64,000 nt of DNA from Verrucomicrobiota bacterium (GCA_039818205.1 JBCBUK010000018.1:1-64000), one strand, 5' to 3'. Counted from the first letter of the stretch, positions 40,920 through 51,565 are shown. The notes: generated by a model not told the origin, from the sequence alone. Program-made: numbers and translations.

Positions 40920-41903
40920 TCAGACCGTTTTTTTATGCTCGAACCGGCCGACTATCAATCCGCCTAATGAAAGTTGGATCAAACTGTAGAAAAGCAGCGG
41001 AAGCAAAACCACACCGGTTTCCAAGTCGCCACCATTGAACAGACTTTGAGCCATGGGAACACCCGCAGCGACGGTCTTTTGGGTGCCACAGAAGAACGCA
41101 GCGAGTTTGTATTTGCGCTCAAAGGGTAGCGCGCGAAGCAACAGCCCGCAGACTGCCCAGGAAACCGCCGTGAGGACGAAAACCCCGATCGCAACCAGCG
41201 AGAGAGCCATCGTTGACTGCCGCTCCCAAAAACGATCAAGGATCGCCTGGGCAAACGAAACATACGTGATGAAATAGACGACGTTCGGTGTTATCCGACC
41301 CGGCCACGATTTGTATCGCTCGATAAAGCTCCGCAACACGGGGCGCAACGACATGCCAATAACCAGCGGCACTAGCAGCAGCAGAACAATCTTCCCCAGC
41401 AGCGAAACGAGAAAGCCGGTTGTATCTCCGCCCCCAACGTCCATCCACCAAACGTAGAAAGCGGGAACAATGAAGATCCCTGCGACGTTGGACAATGACG
41501 TATTGAATAGCGCGACAGTCGTCGCCCCACCTGAACGCGCCGTAAATACCACGGCGGTCGAAATCGTGCATGGCAGAATCCCGAGAAACAGAAAGCCAAA
41601 GGTGAGGTCAGGCCCCAAAATCGATTCGAACGGACTGGCCAACATCCACGTGACGAGGGGCATCAACAGAAAGATGAAGCTCTGCGTGAACAGGTGAACC
41701 CGCCATTGGGCCATGCCGCGCAACAGCTCCTCGGCCGGAAGGATCATACCTTGGAGTAGAAAAATCGCAAACACCCCGATTTTCGTGGTGACGCCTGGCC
41801 TAAGCCAACTGTCCGGAGCGCCGCCTTCGGGATAGATGAATGCCAACACGGATGCGACAACGATGCCGACGACAAAACGGTTGGATAGTAGAAATCGCGT
41901 CAC
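40920..41903 (-). CDS. Bile acid:sodium symporter family transporter
   Basis: LPCTISTAV, SNVAGIFIVP and CGTQKT; about ten TM helices. Confidence 0.85.
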   Translation of the reverse strand: MTRFLLSNRFVVGIVVASVLAFIYPEGGAPDSWLRPGVTTKIGVFAIFLLQGMILPAEELLRGMAQWRVHLFTQSFIFLLMPLVTWMLASPFESILGPDLTFGFLFLGILPCTISTAVVFTARSGGATTVALFNTSLSNVAGIFIVPAFYVWWMDVGGGDTTGFLVSLLGKIVLLLLVPLVIGMSLRPVLRSFIERYKSWPGRITPNVVYFITYVSFAQAILDRFWERQSTMALSLVAIGVFVLTAVSWAVCGLLLRALPFERKYKLAAFFCGTQKTVAAGVPMAQSLFNGGDLETGVVLLPLLFYSLIQLSLGGLIVGRFEHKKTV

Positions 41904-41996
41904 GACTCTGAGTATTCGCCGAGAGGTCCGTCATCGACAAGCATTTTGGGAAAGACTTGCCAAATGGCTACTTGCGTTCACCTTAGACACCTAAAC

Positions 41997-42830
41997 ATGG
42001 CGCTTCTTGACGTTCAGGATCTCAAAATCCGCTTTCAAAGTCGTGACCGCGTAACCGAAGCGGTCAAAGGAATCAGTTTTTCACTCGAGGAGGGAAAAAC
42101 ACTCGCAGTTGTTGGCGAAAGCGGCAGCGGCAAATCAGTGACCGCCATGTCGCTCACTCAGCTCCTACCGAAACCACCTACTTGTCAGGTGTCCGGGAAG
42201 ATTATGCTGCGCGACCTTGATGTGCTTGGCATGGGCTCGAATGACCTGCGGGCGATTCGGGGCAAAGACATCGCGTATATATTTCAGGAACCATCGACTT
42301 CGTTGAATCCCGTTTTCACCGTCGGCTATCAGATTGCTGAAGCGATCAAGTTGCACATTCCGGGTGAAACCGACGTGGAAGGCCGGGTCGTCGAATCGTT
42401 GCGTCGGGTGGGTATTCGTGATCCCGAAAAACGTTTCAAGGCGTATCCCCACGAAATGTCGGGCGGCATGCAGCAACGCGTCATGATCGCCATGGCCCTT
42501 GCCTGTGAGCCGAAAATATTGGTAGCCGATGAACCAACCACGGCACTCGATGTCACTATACAAGCACAGATCATCGATTTGCTAAAAGAGATTCGCGAGA
42601 AGCTCAACATGTCGATCATTTTGATCACTCACAATTTTGGAATCATCAAAGGCTTTGCCGATGAGGTTCTGGTGATGTTTCGTGGTGAAATCGTCGAGCG
42701 CGGTCCTGCCGAAGAGATTTTGGCCAATCCACAACACCCATATACCAAGGCGCTCATCGCCTGTATTCCTCGCCTCGGGGCCAAACAGAAGCGTCTGACC
42801 ACGATCAACCACGACGAACTAGCCGGGTAA
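41997..42830 (+). CDS. Peptide ABC transporter ATPase (OppD/DppD-like)
   Basis: [24 protein letters not shown] and PQHPYT. Confidence 0.93.
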   Translation: MALLDVQDLKIRFQSRDRVTEAVKGISFSLEEGKTLAVVGESGSGKSVTAMSLTQLLPKPPTCQVSGKIMLRDLDVLGMGSNDLRAIRGKDIAYIFQEPSTSLNPVFTVGYQIAEAIKLHIPGETDVEGRVVESLRRVGIRDPEKRFKAYPHEMSGGMQQRVMIAMALACEPKILVADEPTTALDVTIQAQIIDLLKEIREKLNMSIILITHNFGIIKGFADEVLVMFRGEIVERGPAEEILANPQHPYTKALIACIPRLGAKQKRLTTINHDELAG

Positions 42831-42840
42831 TAATTTTTCA

Positions 42841-43701
42841 ATGAGCGAATCGTCCCCAGAAACAACGACGCCAACCGAGTCCGAAACACCCTTGTTGGAA
42901 GTGCGCAACCTGAAGGTCCATTACCCAATCTACGGTGGGCTGATGCGAAAAGTCGTCGACTATGTCCGGGCCGTTGATGACGTTTCCTTTCGCGTAAACC
43001 GGGGCACCACCGTCGGGCTTGTCGGAGAAAGCGGCAGCGGCAAAACCACGATTGGACGCAGTATCATCAAACTGGCTCCGATCACTGGAGGGCAGATTCT
43101 CTATGCCGGATCTGAGAAAGAGAATAGCCCGAAATCGCCGACCAATATTGCCGAACTAAGTCGAGGGGCGTTTTTCCCGTTCCGGCAAAAGATTCAGATG
43201 GTGTTTCAAGATCCATTCAATTCGCTGAATCCGCGAATGACGATCGAACAAATCATTTCCGAGCCGTTAGACATTCATTTCTCGTCGATGGGCAAGGAAG
43301 AGAAAACGGCACGCGTAGTCGAGCTGCTGGGCAAAGTGAATCTTCCGGCCGATGCTCGCAAACGATATCCCCACGAGTTCTCGGGTGGCCAACGTCAGCG
43401 AATTGGCATCGCTCGGGCTCTAGCCGTTGAGCCGGAATTCATCGTCTGCGATGAGCCGGTCAGCGCGCTCGATGTTTCTGTGCAAGCTCAGATCGTTAAT
43501 CTACTGCAAGACCTCCAAGAGGAGCTGGGCCTAACCTATTTATTCATCGCGCACGACTTGGCGGTTGTGGAACATATTAGCGATTTCGTCTTAGTGATGA
43601 ACCAAGGGAAAATTGTTGAACAAGCCCCTGCCGCCGAGATTTATGAAAACCCCCAGGACCCGTATACTAAGAAGCTCCTCGCGGCCGTTCCAACCCTCTA
43701 A
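42841..43701 (+). CDS. Peptide ABC transporter ATPase (OppF/DppF-like)
   Basis: GESGSGKT, FSGGQRQR and DEPVSALD. Confidence 0.93.
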   Translation: MSESSPETTTPTESETPLLEVRNLKVHYPIYGGLMRKVVDYVRAVDDVSFRVNRGTTVGLVGESGSGKTTIGRSIIKLAPITGGQILYAGSEKENSPKSPTNIAELSRGAFFPFRQKIQMVFQDPFNSLNPRMTIEQIISEPLDIHFSSMGKEEKTARVVELLGKVNLPADARKRYPHEFSGGQRQRIGIARALAVEPEFIVCDEPVSALDVSVQAQIVNLLQDLQEELGLTYLFIAHDLAVVEHISDFVLVMNQGKIVEQAPAAEIYENPQDPYTKKLLAAVPTL

Positions 43702-44147
43702 TTTGAGGGGCTAAGCGGAATAAATTTTGTTTTAAGACTAACAATAGGGGGAACACTGGCTTGTTGCTACTGATTTGCCTTGAGCAAAATTCCAAAATTT
43801 TAGGAAAAAATCGGCGCATTTAGAACTCTCCCTTTCCTTAGTTAATAGACTAATGGAAACTACGTAGTCAGTCCGCTCGAGCGCGCCCTAGAACACCGTG
43901 GCCCTAGAACCCACGGTCTATTCGTATACCTTGCCCAAATGTAAAAAAAAACTGAAGGCCCCTTTTTCAACAGGGATTTGAGCCCTTTTAAGGCATAGAA
44001 AACAGCCAGTTTTGATCCCCATGAAGTTCCTACGACGATTCTTCTAAGAAATTCATAGTAGGACCAATAAGACCCATTAGTCATACGAATTACATATGCT
44101 ATCAATAGCGACTGGTTGATTACTAAATATGCCGTAAAATATAGGTA

Positions 44148-44579
44148 ATGCTAAAGTCAACTCTACGTAAATCCCTGGGCTTTACGTTGGTCGAACTCAT
44201 GATCGGCCTGACGCTCATGGGTGTCATCTTCACCGGGGCATTCAGTGGGATGAAGACTGGCTTAGATATTGTTGAGGAAGCGCGCGACCAAGCACGAGCC
44301 ACCCAACTGCTTCAATCCGAGATCGAGCGCATGCGGACACTCAATTGGTCCGACATCACCAATCTCCCCGCAACCGAATCAATCACTCTCACCGGATCGG
44401 CCTCCAATACCTACAATAACCGCTATAATTTTGAGCGGTCCATCACCAGTCTCGGCACGGGCCGAGTTCGGGTTTCCGTCACCGCTTCCTGGAACAACGG
44501 TCAGCGCGATCGATCACTGTCGATGACCACCGGCATCTCTGAAAATGGACTATTCGACTACTACTACCGAGCCTTCTAG
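44148..44579 (+). CDS. Prepilin-type protein (PilV-like minor pilin)
   Basis: Class III signal G|FTLVELMIG. Confidence 0.88.
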   Translation: MLKSTLRKSLGFTLVELMIGLTLMGVIFTGAFSGMKTGLDIVEEARDQARATQLLQSEIERMRTLNWSDITNLPATESITLTGSASNTYNNRYNFERSITSLGTGRVRVSVTASWNNGQRDRSLSMTTGISENGLFDYYYRAF

Positions 44580-45099
44580 GGCCAACCAGCGAGGCTTCAG
44601 CCTCATGGAGATGCTGGTGTCTACCAGCGTACTTGCGATCTTTGTCAGCATTGCGATGAGCTCGATCGTCTCGCTGTCCAAAAGTTCAACTTCGTTGATC
44701 AACTACCAGGATATGAATAAACAAGGCCGGTCGATGATGGAGGTATTTTCTCGTGATCTCCGAGCCGCAACGAACGTCTACGAAACGACCAGCACACGCA
44801 TTTCGTTTGATACAGTAACCTCAGATGGGACCTCTCAGAAAGTCACCTATGAGTATTTCCCCAATGCCGATATTCTCTACCGTTCGATCAACGATGGTTT
44901 ACGAGAAATCGCATTGGAAGACGCCTCTAGTTTCAACTTGAGCTTCTACACCCTTAGAGGTGACCCAACGACGACGGCCCTTGAGACCAAGCGAGTCGAG
45001 GTCGCAGCAACGATTGAGCGCAAGCTGCTTTCTACCAAAAACACGAACTACTTCGTTTCCGCTCAGTTCGTGCTTCGCAACCATCGAGTCAGCAACTAG
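44545..45099 (+). CDS. Prepilin-type protein (PilW/GspJ-like)
   Basis: G|FSLMEMLV and ..RDLR motif; overlaps the upstream gene by 35 bp. Confidence 0.88.
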   Translation: MDYSTTTTEPSRANQRGFSLMEMLVSTSVLAIFVSIAMSSIVSLSKSSTSLINYQDMNKQGRSMMEVFSRDLRAATNVYETTSTRISFDTVTSDGTSQKVTYEYFPNADILYRSINDGLREIALEDASSFNLSFYTLRGDPTTTALETKRVEVAATIERKLLSTKNTNYFVSAQFVLRNHRVSN

Positions 45100-45103
45100 A
45101 TCC

Positions 45104-46450
45104 ATGAAAACCGCCAACTTCCGATCTCTCTGCTCTCCGAGATGCAGACACCAACATTGTCGAGAACGCGGCTCCGTCGTGATCGCAGTGCTCCTGGTTG
45201 CGCTCATCATCATTTCAACCGTGACTCTCTATTTGCGCAGTGCTGTTCAAGAGATGCGTTACGCTGAGCGGACCTTTGCCTTGCAGCAAACAGTCAACCT
45301 GGCCGAGATGGGTGCCGAGCACGCGATATGGGCAATCAACAATGATGACTGGACCTCTTGGACGGGAGTCGCCACAGATCAATACCATATTTCCTACGAC
45401 GCGAATACCGGTGAGACGGTAACCGTATACGCGGATGTTCGCTCCAGTTCGGAGGTATGGATTGCCTCCAGCGGCGTGGTCGATGTGAGCGGTAAAGGCG
45501 TCGAAAAACAACTGCTGATGAAACTGGAAGCGCGTGGCCTTTTCGCGAATGGCCTAACCGCAAGAGAGTTTCTTCGGTTCAATGGAAACAACATCGATAT
45601 CGATTCCTACAACAGTGAGAATGGCGTCTACGATCCCGTGAACAATCGCGGTGACCAAGGAACCGTTGCTAGCGCCAGTGTTGCGGTCAATTCGGTGACC
45701 ATTCAAAACGCAAACATCTATGGTTTCGTTGCGACTACCGGAGGCACGCCCATTCTCGGCCCCAACGGAACAGTCACCGGTAGCAACACTCCGGCTGGCG
45801 TTAGCGTGGATCAAAGCCGCATAGCAACCGACTTCTATGCCGAGTTCCCTGACGTGACCGCGCCCGCGACAACCGGCGCTGCCTCGGCCCCCGTGAGTGG
45901 AACAATGGGAACCGCAGGAACGGCCACGACCTACACGGCATCCGACCTGACAATCAAATCAAAAGATACGATCACGGTCGAAGGAGATGTAACCCTGGTC
46001 ATAACGGATGACCTCGACATCCGAGGCAGCATCGTGATCAATCCCAACTCCTCGCTGACCCTCTACGTCAACGACGACATTAGTATCGCCGGCAACGGCG
46101 TGGCCAACATGTCGGCACGACCACAGAATTTTCTGATCTACGGCACCGGAGACCGCAACGGCTTCGACCCATCGTACTCCCTCGGTGGAAACGCCCAGCT
46201 GCAAGCGGCCGTCTACGCGCCCCACGCGGACATTACCTTAAACGGTGGCGGTTCCTCCGGAGTGTTCCTCGGCGCTGCGGTCGGAAACAACATCACCTTC
46301 AACGGCCACGTCGATTTTCACTACGACGAATCGCTCAAATCTTTTTCTCCCGACAGCCAGTTTCGTCTGACCGAATGGCGGGAGCTCACCGCCGCTGCCG
46401 ACCGATTACCCATCGAATCAGGTTCCAGCATGGCCGCCCTCTCCTTCTAA
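45104..46450 (+). CDS. PilX/GspK-like protein with a large G/N/T-rich beta domain
   Basis: RG|SVVIAVLL (no Glu5), LAEMGAEHA, AAVYAPHA..GAAVG..FHYDE and a terminal WRE. Confidence 0.85.
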   Translation: MKTANFRSLCSPRCRHQHCRERGSVVIAVLLVALIIISTVTLYLRSAVQEMRYAERTFALQQTVNLAEMGAEHAIWAINNDDWTSWTGVATDQYHISYDANTGETVTVYADVRSSSEVWIASSGVVDVSGKGVEKQLLMKLEARGLFANGLTAREFLRFNGNNIDIDSYNSENGVYDPVNNRGDQGTVASASVAVNSVTIQNANIYGFVATTGGTPILGPNGTVTGSNTPAGVSVDQSRIATDFYAEFPDVTAPATTGAASAPVSGTMGTAGTATTYTASDLTIKSKDTITVEGDVTLVITDDLDIRGSIVINPNSSLTLYVNDDISIAGNGVANMSARPQNFLIYGTGDRNGFDPSYSLGGNAQLQAAVYAPHADITLNGGGSSGVFLGAAVGNNITFNGHVDFHYDESLKSFSPDSQFRLTEWRELTAAADRLPIESGSSMAALSF

Positions 46451-46463
46451 CATTCCATCCATC

Positions 46464-47000
46464 ATGACCAAGATCATTTCTCCGATCGCCTGCGCGAAAA
46501 AACAACGTCGCCACCTGTACATTGCAACCGCTCTTGCCACCTTGATTGCCGCGGCAACCCTGACCGCAATCACCGTTCAAAGCAACCATCAGCAGCTACA
46601 GCGAGACGCCTGGGTTCAGGACCTCTCAGCCCAAATCAACCAAGTCAAATATTACTGCGAAGATCGATACGTACTCGGGATGCGCGATGAGCTTCCACCA
46701 ATCATCCGATTTCATTTAATGGAGCGCGGCCTACTGGATGAATCGACTGTTGCCTGGGTCGCGATCAACGATGACCAGAAGACATCATACCGTCTAGAAG
46801 TCTACTTCTGGGAAATGACCCCCGAAACAATGACTCGTGTAACCAAGCTCGATGAAAAAATTGACAACGGTGACCTCTTGACCGGATCAATGACCCTCAC
46901 TTTCACTGGCTTCGAGGTCGAAATCGAGGGACCCGCTTCAACTGCTTCCAAAAAGCTTACGAGCGATGGTTGGGCTCAGTCGTCCGAAAATGCGATCTGA
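46464..47000 (+). CDS. Hypothetical pilin-like protein without canonical cleavage site
   Basis: Basic N-terminus, hydrophobic helix and C-terminal LDEKIDNG.LLTG; 13 bp after the PilX-like gene. Confidence 0.6.
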   Translation: MTKIISPIACAKKQRRHLYIATALATLIAAATLTAITVQSNHQQLQRDAWVQDLSAQINQVKYYCEDRYVLGMRDELPPIIRFHLMERGLLDESTVAWVAINDDQKTSYRLEVYFWEMTPETMTRVTKLDEKIDNGDLLTGSMTLTFTGFEVEIEGPASTASKKLTSDGWAQSSENAI

Positions 47001-47918
47001 TTCATGTTCATAAACTAAATAGGAACCATCTGGCCATTGATAGGAATAACCGTGCTCGATTGAGCGGAAATGGCGTTCCCGCCATTTCTCGATTTCTTGT
47101 GGACCGGGTGCCAGTTGAAACCCCGGTTTGTCGTGTGCGGAGGCGTCCAAAACCGACGGGCGAACCACGACCACATCGTCACTTGGATCAATAACCATCC
47201 ACCGAATGTCCTCGTGTGTTCGATCCAAGGCGGAGGCTTGAATCGTCGCTTCGAGATACATCCATCCACCGTTCTCAACATTTTCAACATCGCGGTAGCT
47301 CAAGGGAAAGCGAAAGCCGTCGGGTGCGTTGCCACTGATCTCCTGAAAAACTGGCCGCGAGGTCATCACCAAAATCGAGGCGACAAGTACCACGATCCAG
47401 GCAACCATTATCACGCACATTTGAGCAAACGACGCGAACGGTGGCGGACCCTTTGGCTTTTCGGCCACTGGAGCTTCTTTCTTCTTTGAAACCGTTACCG
47501 TTGGCTTAACACTCTTACTTACTGCTTCACCAAAGACCTTTTCCGGCGCGTACTCCAACTCGAGGACATCAACAAAACGCGACTCTGGTTCGATAGGCAT
47601 TTTGGGGCCACCATTCTTATCTGGGGAAAATCCAGACAGGGAGTATTTTCCCCCGGGCGACCACCGATCGTAAAAAGCATAGATGCAATCGTCTACCCCC
47701 TCGAGGGATACCGGGCGTATCTGAAACTGTTTGCGCCGTTCGGCGGGCAGCTTCTTGAGCAACTTATTTGACCAGTGAATATTTGGGCTGACTGCAACGG
47801 CAAGATAATCGAACCCTTCCTTCTGGCTCCAAAGGATAAAGTAGTAGACGGCTTCCACAGCGTTAACATCATCCAAATTATGTCGAACTCGACAAGTTTG
47901 AATAACCGTCATTTCCAA
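46938..47918 (-). CDS. Hypothetical protein with central TM helix
   Basis: 326 aa ORF; its 3' end overlaps the convergent ORF by 63 bp. Confidence 0.6.
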   Translation of the reverse strand: MEMTVIQTCRVRHNLDDVNAVEAVYYFILWSQKEGFDYLAVAVSPNIHWSNKLLKKLPAERRKQFQIRPVSLEGVDDCIYAFYDRWSPGGKYSLSGFSPDKNGGPKMPIEPESRFVDVLELEYAPEKVFGEAVSKSVKPTVTVSKKKEAPVAEKPKGPPPFASFAQMCVIMVAWIVVLVASILVMTSRPVFQEISGNAPDGFRFPLSYRDVENVENGGWMYLEATIQASALDRTHEDIRWMVIDPSDDVVVVRPSVLDASAHDKPGFQLAPGPQEIEKWRERHFRSIEHGYSYQWPDGSYLVYEHESDRIFGRLSPTIARKLFGSS

Positions 47919-48121
47919 CAGTCAGGGCTGGGCTCAGCTCATTCGCGCATGGGGCAAAGGTGCCGACACCACCCTTCAGTGGCCCTGAATAAAGCAGGCC
48001 AGCGAAATCGAAATGCGGATAACTGGCGATTCGCAGCTCATCCAACCACCACAAGTGAGGAAAATTTTACAGGAAAGCGCCTTGTCCTGCGGCTTTGAAG
48101 CGTCGATATTTGCGACAAAGC

Positions 48122-50677
48122 ATGCTCAAGCCAGCAATAACGCCCCATGAACACTTCGCTGACTATACACTGTCAGCGCGGGATGAGGCATTTGGCGCTC
48201 AAGGAGCGGTTTCGGATCCCTACCAGGCAATCGTGCAGGCACTCCAAGAATGCTCCGCCACCGAGCTCAAGGCACGCCAGCAACGACTCGACCGTGCCGC
48301 CGCCGAACTTGGGATCCAGTTTGCGCTCCCCGGCGAGAGAAAAGAGAATGGTATCGATTGGCGTCTAGATCTGTTTCCCCGGGTTATTTCCGCACAGGAT
48401 TGGGACTTGATATCGCGCGGGGTGATCCAACGGGCAGAAGCATTCAATGCCTATGCGGCGGATCTTTACAGTGATCAAGCTATCCTCAAGGAGCGAGTTA
48501 TTCCCTTTCAGATCGCCCTACAAGACCCGGCTTTCAACCGCCCTTTCTCCGGACTGTCACCGGCGAATAACCGCTATTGCTTAGTGGGTGCCTTTGATCT
48601 CGTTCGCCTTCCCGATGGCGAGTGGCAAGTTCTGGAAAACCAGATGGCTACGCCAATTGGTATTTCCTATATCTTGCAGAACCGGCGCTTACTCGCCCAG
48701 GCCTTTCCCGAGTTGTTTTCGAAGATGGAGGTTGCACCCGTAGCTCCGTTTAGCACCTACCTTTCCGAAGCACTGCGGGCTCAGTCGAGCCGAAAGAATC
48801 CAACAATCGTTCTGCTGACTCGCGGCGATTCCGACCAGATCTTTTTCGAAGAAGGCTTTCTGGCGCGCCACATGGGAATCTCAATCGTCAAGCCCGGCGA
48901 TCTATTGGTGCGCGACAGCCGAGTGTATTTGAAAACGATCCGCGGTTTGGAGCGAGTCGACATTATATACCGGCGCATCGAGAGCTCCTCGGTCGATCCG
49001 ATCGCAACTCCAGGGTCTCACTTCGGTGGCGTACCCGGGCTCGTTAACTGCGTCCGCAAAGGCAACGTCTCGGTGATCAATGGCTTAGGCGCTGGTGTCG
49101 CGGACAATCGAGCAATTCTGCGCTATGCAGATCGAATTATTGGTTACTATACCGGCAAAAACGCCCTGATCCCAACCGCCCCAACCTATCACCTGAGCGA
49201 CCCAGATCAACGCGAGTATATTGCGGAACGGATGGACGACATGGTGCTGAAGCCCGTCCAGGATCACCTATCGTTGAAGCAACGATTGGATTGGAAGGGG
49301 CGCCTTGATACGAAAGCGGACGTCGAAAAACTTGCCCGCAAGCATCCAGAGTACTGCGTGGCTCAGCCTATTTTGACTCCGTCGCAGTTGCCCCGCTTCA
49401 GTAACGCCAAATTTGAACCTCACACCGTATTCATGCGCGCCTTTTTTATTTTGGGCGATGAACCGGTGGTCCTTCCCGGTGGCCTAACCCGGCAGACATC
49501 CAATCGGCACCGCCCCGGGCGACTCTCCGTGAACGCTGAGGGGATGAAAGACACCTGGGCACCAGCAAGCGCCACGATCGAACGTGACCCATTGCCCCCG
49601 CTCGATGCGCTCAGTGACCGGATCTCCATTGGCAGTCGCACCGCAGAAGCCCTCTACTGGGCCGGGCGCTACCTCAACCGGGCCGAAACGACCGCTCGCC
49701 AATTTTCGATTCTAGAAAATCTCCGTTGGGATCAGCTTGGCCGGATCGACCAAAAGGTGTACTGGCCCCTCATGCAAGCGGTCGCTGCCGCAACGGGCAA
49801 TGAAACCTTTGCGAAGAGTCCCACGCCGAAAGACACGCGAGAGTTTTCTCGACGTCTGGTGTTGGACGCCAATGAGAGCGCCTCGGTCAACGCCTGCATT
49901 CGCAGCGCGCAAAGCAATCTCAGTTCGATTCGCGAAATCATCAGCCCGGAATCCTGGCAGGCACTTCGCGAACTCGTTATCTCGCTTGATGGTATTTCCC
50001 GCTCACGCAACGCCGGGTCGCGCCTCAGTGAGGCGAGCGAGTTGGTTGTGAACGAGATCGCCCGCTTCAATGGTTTGGCTGAGCGCACCATGCTCCACGA
50101 CGACGCCTGGCAATTCTATCGAATTGGGAGTTTCCTGGAACGCGCCCAAAGCGCTCTTTATCTACTAGAGGTCGCGCTGCCCCGCGCAGCGGAAACGGAC
50201 AAAGCCAGCGACGAAGAATCCACCGACCTCACCGCACTTCTGAGGCTAACTGGATCGCTTGATGCCTATCGCCGCGAGTACCGATCTCGAGCCTACTTGG
50301 ACCGGGTCGCCCGCCTCCTGCTTCAGTCAAAAAACAATCCCAGTTCGGTCAGTTTCTGCTTGAGAAACCTTCGCTATGCACTGGGGACCTTGTCCATTAC
50401 CGGTGAGCGAAAGATTGGCCGCAGCATTCAAACGACCACCGATGCGCTTGTCGGCTATCTGGAATCTTTGCCAATCGCGCGGATGTTCCCCTCCCCGTTG
50501 CGAAGCCTGGACGACGCCCGTGAACTGCCAACGGTCGCTCGCCTGCAACCAGAGGCCATTCGGGAACAACTTGTCTCGCTGACCAAAGAAGCCGAACTTT
50601 TGCACGATACCATTGAAGACGTATTCTTTAGCCACCAGTACGTGTACGCCCGCGAACCATCACTCTTCGACGCTTAG
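48122..50677 (+). CDS. Circularly permuted type 2 ATP-grasp protein fused to an alpha-E domain
   Basis: LDLFPRVI, DLVR..DG.WQVLE, VDIIYRRI, GAGVADN and LPGGLTR, followed by alpha-E motifs LYWAGRYLNRAE and GSFLERA..P.SV. Confidence 0.9.
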   Translation: MLKPAITPHEHFADYTLSARDEAFGAQGAVSDPYQAIVQALQECSATELKARQQRLDRAAAELGIQFALPGERKENGIDWRLDLFPRVISAQDWDLISRGVIQRAEAFNAYAADLYSDQAILKERVIPFQIALQDPAFNRPFSGLSPANNRYCLVGAFDLVRLPDGEWQVLENQMATPIGISYILQNRRLLAQAFPELFSKMEVAPVAPFSTYLSEALRAQSSRKNPTIVLLTRGDSDQIFFEEGFLARHMGISIVKPGDLLVRDSRVYLKTIRGLERVDIIYRRIESSSVDPIATPGSHFGGVPGLVNCVRKGNVSVINGLGAGVADNRAILRYADRIIGYYTGKNALIPTAPTYHLSDPDQREYIAERMDDMVLKPVQDHLSLKQRLDWKGRLDTKADVEKLARKHPEYCVAQPILTPSQLPRFSNAKFEPHTVFMRAFFILGDEPVVLPGGLTRQTSNRHRPGRLSVNAEGMKDTWAPASATIERDPLPPLDALSDRISIGSRTAEALYWAGRYLNRAETTARQFSILENLRWDQLGRIDQKVYWPLMQAVAAATGNETFAKSPTPKDTREFSRRLVLDANESASVNACIRSAQSNLSSIREIISPESWQALRELVISLDGISRSRNAGSRLSEASELVVNEIARFNGLAERTMLHDDAWQFYRIGSFLERAQSALYLLEVALPRAAETDKASDEESTDLTALLRLTGSLDAYRREYRSRAYLDRVARLLLQSKNNPSSVSFCLRNLRYALGTLSITGERKIGRSIQTTTDALVGYLESLPIARMFPSPLRSLDDARELPTVARLQPEAIREQLVSLTKEAELLHDTIEDVFFSHQYVYAREPSLFDA

Positions 50678-50686
50678 CAATTTACG

Positions 50687-51565
50687 ATGCGGTTCAAAGT
50701 CCTCCACACCACTCACTACCGCTATGCGGCTCCCGCTTCAGAGTCGTTTGCCGAACTGCGGGTCTGGCCCAAAGACTCCCATGCGCAACGCGTGATCACC
50801 CGTGACCTCGTTATCGAACCCGACACACCCGTCGACCACTACATAGACTACTTTGGCAACCACGTAGAGTTTTTCTCGATTCCATTTCGGCATAGCGAAG
50901 TCAAGGTCCGCGCGGTTGCTGAAGTCGAAACGTTTAAAGATGAACCAGCGCAAGAGATTCTCGAAACAGCCATTGGCGATGCCTGTCAGATATACAATAG
51001 CCGGCTCTTCCGATTGTTTGAATATCTCCAACCGACGGAACTGGTTCCCATTGAGCCCGTGATTCGATACTTCCCCAAGAAATTCTTTCGAGATGCAGAC
51101 GAGCTTGGCCCTGCTCTGCTCAAACTAAATCAATGGGTCTACGACGAGTTTGTCTATGAACCCGGAGCCACCAACGTCTCGACTCCCCTCGAAACGGTCC
51201 TAAAGAATCGCAAAGGTGTCTGCCAGGATTTCGCCCACCTGATGTTAGCGATACTGCGCTCACATGGTCTGCCGGCACGGTACGTCAGTGGCTACATCGA
51301 GGCATTTGATCCAGACAAGACTGCACCCGAACTCATCGGCGCAGCCGCCAGCCATGCCTGGGTCGAAGTCTACCTGCCCGGTGGCTTTTGGTGGGGCCTT
51401 GACCCAACGAACAACCAACCCGCTGGCGAGCGACACGTGCAAGTTGCCGTCGGGAGGGACTACTATGATGTCGCCCCGATGCACGGCACCTACAAGGGAG
51501 TTTTGGATCAACAGTTACAGGTTATGGTCGAGCTGACCCGTAATCCCGAGGCCATTGCTCAATGA
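50687..51565 (+). CDS. Transglutaminase-family protein
   Basis: H.THYRY N-terminal domain, GVCQDFAH, ARYVSGY, HAW, DPTN and GRDY.DV.P. Confidence 0.93.
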   Translation: MRFKVLHTTHYRYAAPASESFAELRVWPKDSHAQRVITRDLVIEPDTPVDHYIDYFGNHVEFFSIPFRHSEVKVRAVAEVETFKDEPAQEILETAIGDACQIYNSRLFRLFEYLQPTELVPIEPVIRYFPKKFFRDADELGPALLKLNQWVYDEFVYEPGATNVSTPLETVLKNRKGVCQDFAHLMLAILRSHGLPARYVSGYIEAFDPDKTAPELIGAAASHAWVEVYLPGGFWWGLDPTNNQPAGERHVQVAVGRDYYDVAPMHGTYKGVLDQQLQVMVELTRNPEAIAQ

